Part shown: piece after piece, positions 62,941 through 64,000 of the stretch
Position numbering within the stretch: the first letter of the stretch is position 1
Layout of the letters: each line of letters opens with the position of its first letter
NCBI RefSeq assembly: GCF_030028105.1
Contig: NC_092385.1
Span: 32,082,774-32,146,773, forward strand
Direction: 5' to 3'
Length of the DNA stretch: 64,000 nucleotides
Source: Mobula birostris
Taxonomy: Eukaryota
Made by a program: the position numbers and the translations under genes
The notes under the pieces: model-generated
Seen by the model: only the letters and a program-made list of their open reading frames with translations
Told to the model about the DNA's origin: nothing
The model's database searches: none

Positions 62941-64000
62941 CTTCTTCAATTTCCTTTGTTATTTCTCTTAGCAACATCTTATCAACAGGTGGATTTACCC
63001 TTTTTAAATACAGCTAGCATTGTTACTGACTGAAAGCCTCGATTTGAGTGTTCGACTTTATTTATTTTAGTCAATTCATAACCTTAACTATCTCATTCTT
63101 TGCTGAGATTCCAACAGTGACCTCCTTCCTTGACAAAGATCCATTTAGCACTTCAGCCTCCAGGAGTGTATTTCCTTTTCAGTCTCTAATCAGTCCCATC
63201 TCTCCCCTCCTCTTTTCATAATTCAAAACAAAAGAGATTGAACATTGCTTTGATCCCGTACTATCCTGATTAAAAGCTTATTTAATCATTATTACAAGGC
63301 CTCCCGTGTGATATAAACAGAGTGAATCCCCAGGTAATACTACAGGTCCATTTCTTTAACTGGTTCTTCAGCATAAATACAACCCATGATGAAACTTGAA
63401 ACCAATATCTACAGCAAAAAGAAATTCAGAGAACTAGTTACAGCATTTGGCGGCTTTGTTGCTAAAAGCTTTTGTCTACTTAGAAGCCAGCATGTTTCGG
63501 TATCAAGGAGCTAAAGCATCACGTAAATGTTGCAAACCAAAAGAGTTAGGTAATTTTCTTCAAATCAGTATAAAAGCAACTACACACTAAGTGCTGAGTA
63601 CAAATGTTCAAAGTCTCAGTAAAATAAGGTTCCAAAGAAAACCAGATTTCAAATCCAAACAGACAGATGTCCAAGATTCTGTTAAAAGAATAACAAATCT
63701 CCATCTCAATGTAAAATCAGAGCATGCTCTGAAATTTCACAAAGTAAATGCTTATGTACAAAACTCTGAAAAAAAGTAATTTATTTTGAAGCAGCATGCA
63801 TTTCACAGCAATCCTCTATTTGAAAGATGTAAATGTATTATATGGGATTTTAATAAACTCACTACTGAACCATTGTTTGCTGTGATCAATCTCCTAGAAG
63901 ACTCAAATTACTGCTTCAGGCTCTGGAGGGGGCCGAAATCTTCCACAGGGCTTTCAATCCGAAGAAAATTTAATGAGGGCAAAACCTCAACCAAATGTAC

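Noticed and set aside
1-64000. CRISPR arrays, operons, rRNA or true tRNA genes
   Set aside because: No regularly spaced repeats or prokaryotic gene density; the tRNA-like boxes belong to decayed SINE heads.

Overview
Eukaryotic, AT-rich, repeat-dense non-coding DNA. The repeat repertoire points to a cartilaginous fish, most likely a ray/batoid (inferred from recognised repeat families, not proven). I could not identify any host protein-coding exon, rRNA, tRNA gene or CRISPR array. The recognisable ORFs are decayed retrotransposon or transposase remnants, and the rest look like chance ORFs. The window holds: many CR1-clade LINEs (one ~3.2 kb copy running from the ORF1 esterase end through APE-RT ORF2); Rex1/Babar LINEs; Neptune-type Penelope-like elements (PLEs; RT + GIY-YIG) carrying minimal hammerhead ribozyme motifs; two Tigger/pogo deletion derivatives; an 80-bp hAT MITE; a 391-bp non-autonomous RTE with a 14-bp TSD; a probable solo LTR; and V-SINE, DeuSINE-like and LF-SINE-like relics, with several multi-level nested insertions. 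The most striking observation is a ~180-bp fold-back PLE insert (53565-53746) with a 13-bp TSD whose hairpin axis lies at the hammerhead cleavage palindrome GTC^GAC. This suggests it derives from a ribozyme-cleaved 3' RNA fragment. Two repeat-poor blocks (~15-18.7 kb and ~50.2-53.1 kb) and a strong CTCF motif are candidate regulatory DNA. Boundaries of old repeats are approximate and were read by eye.
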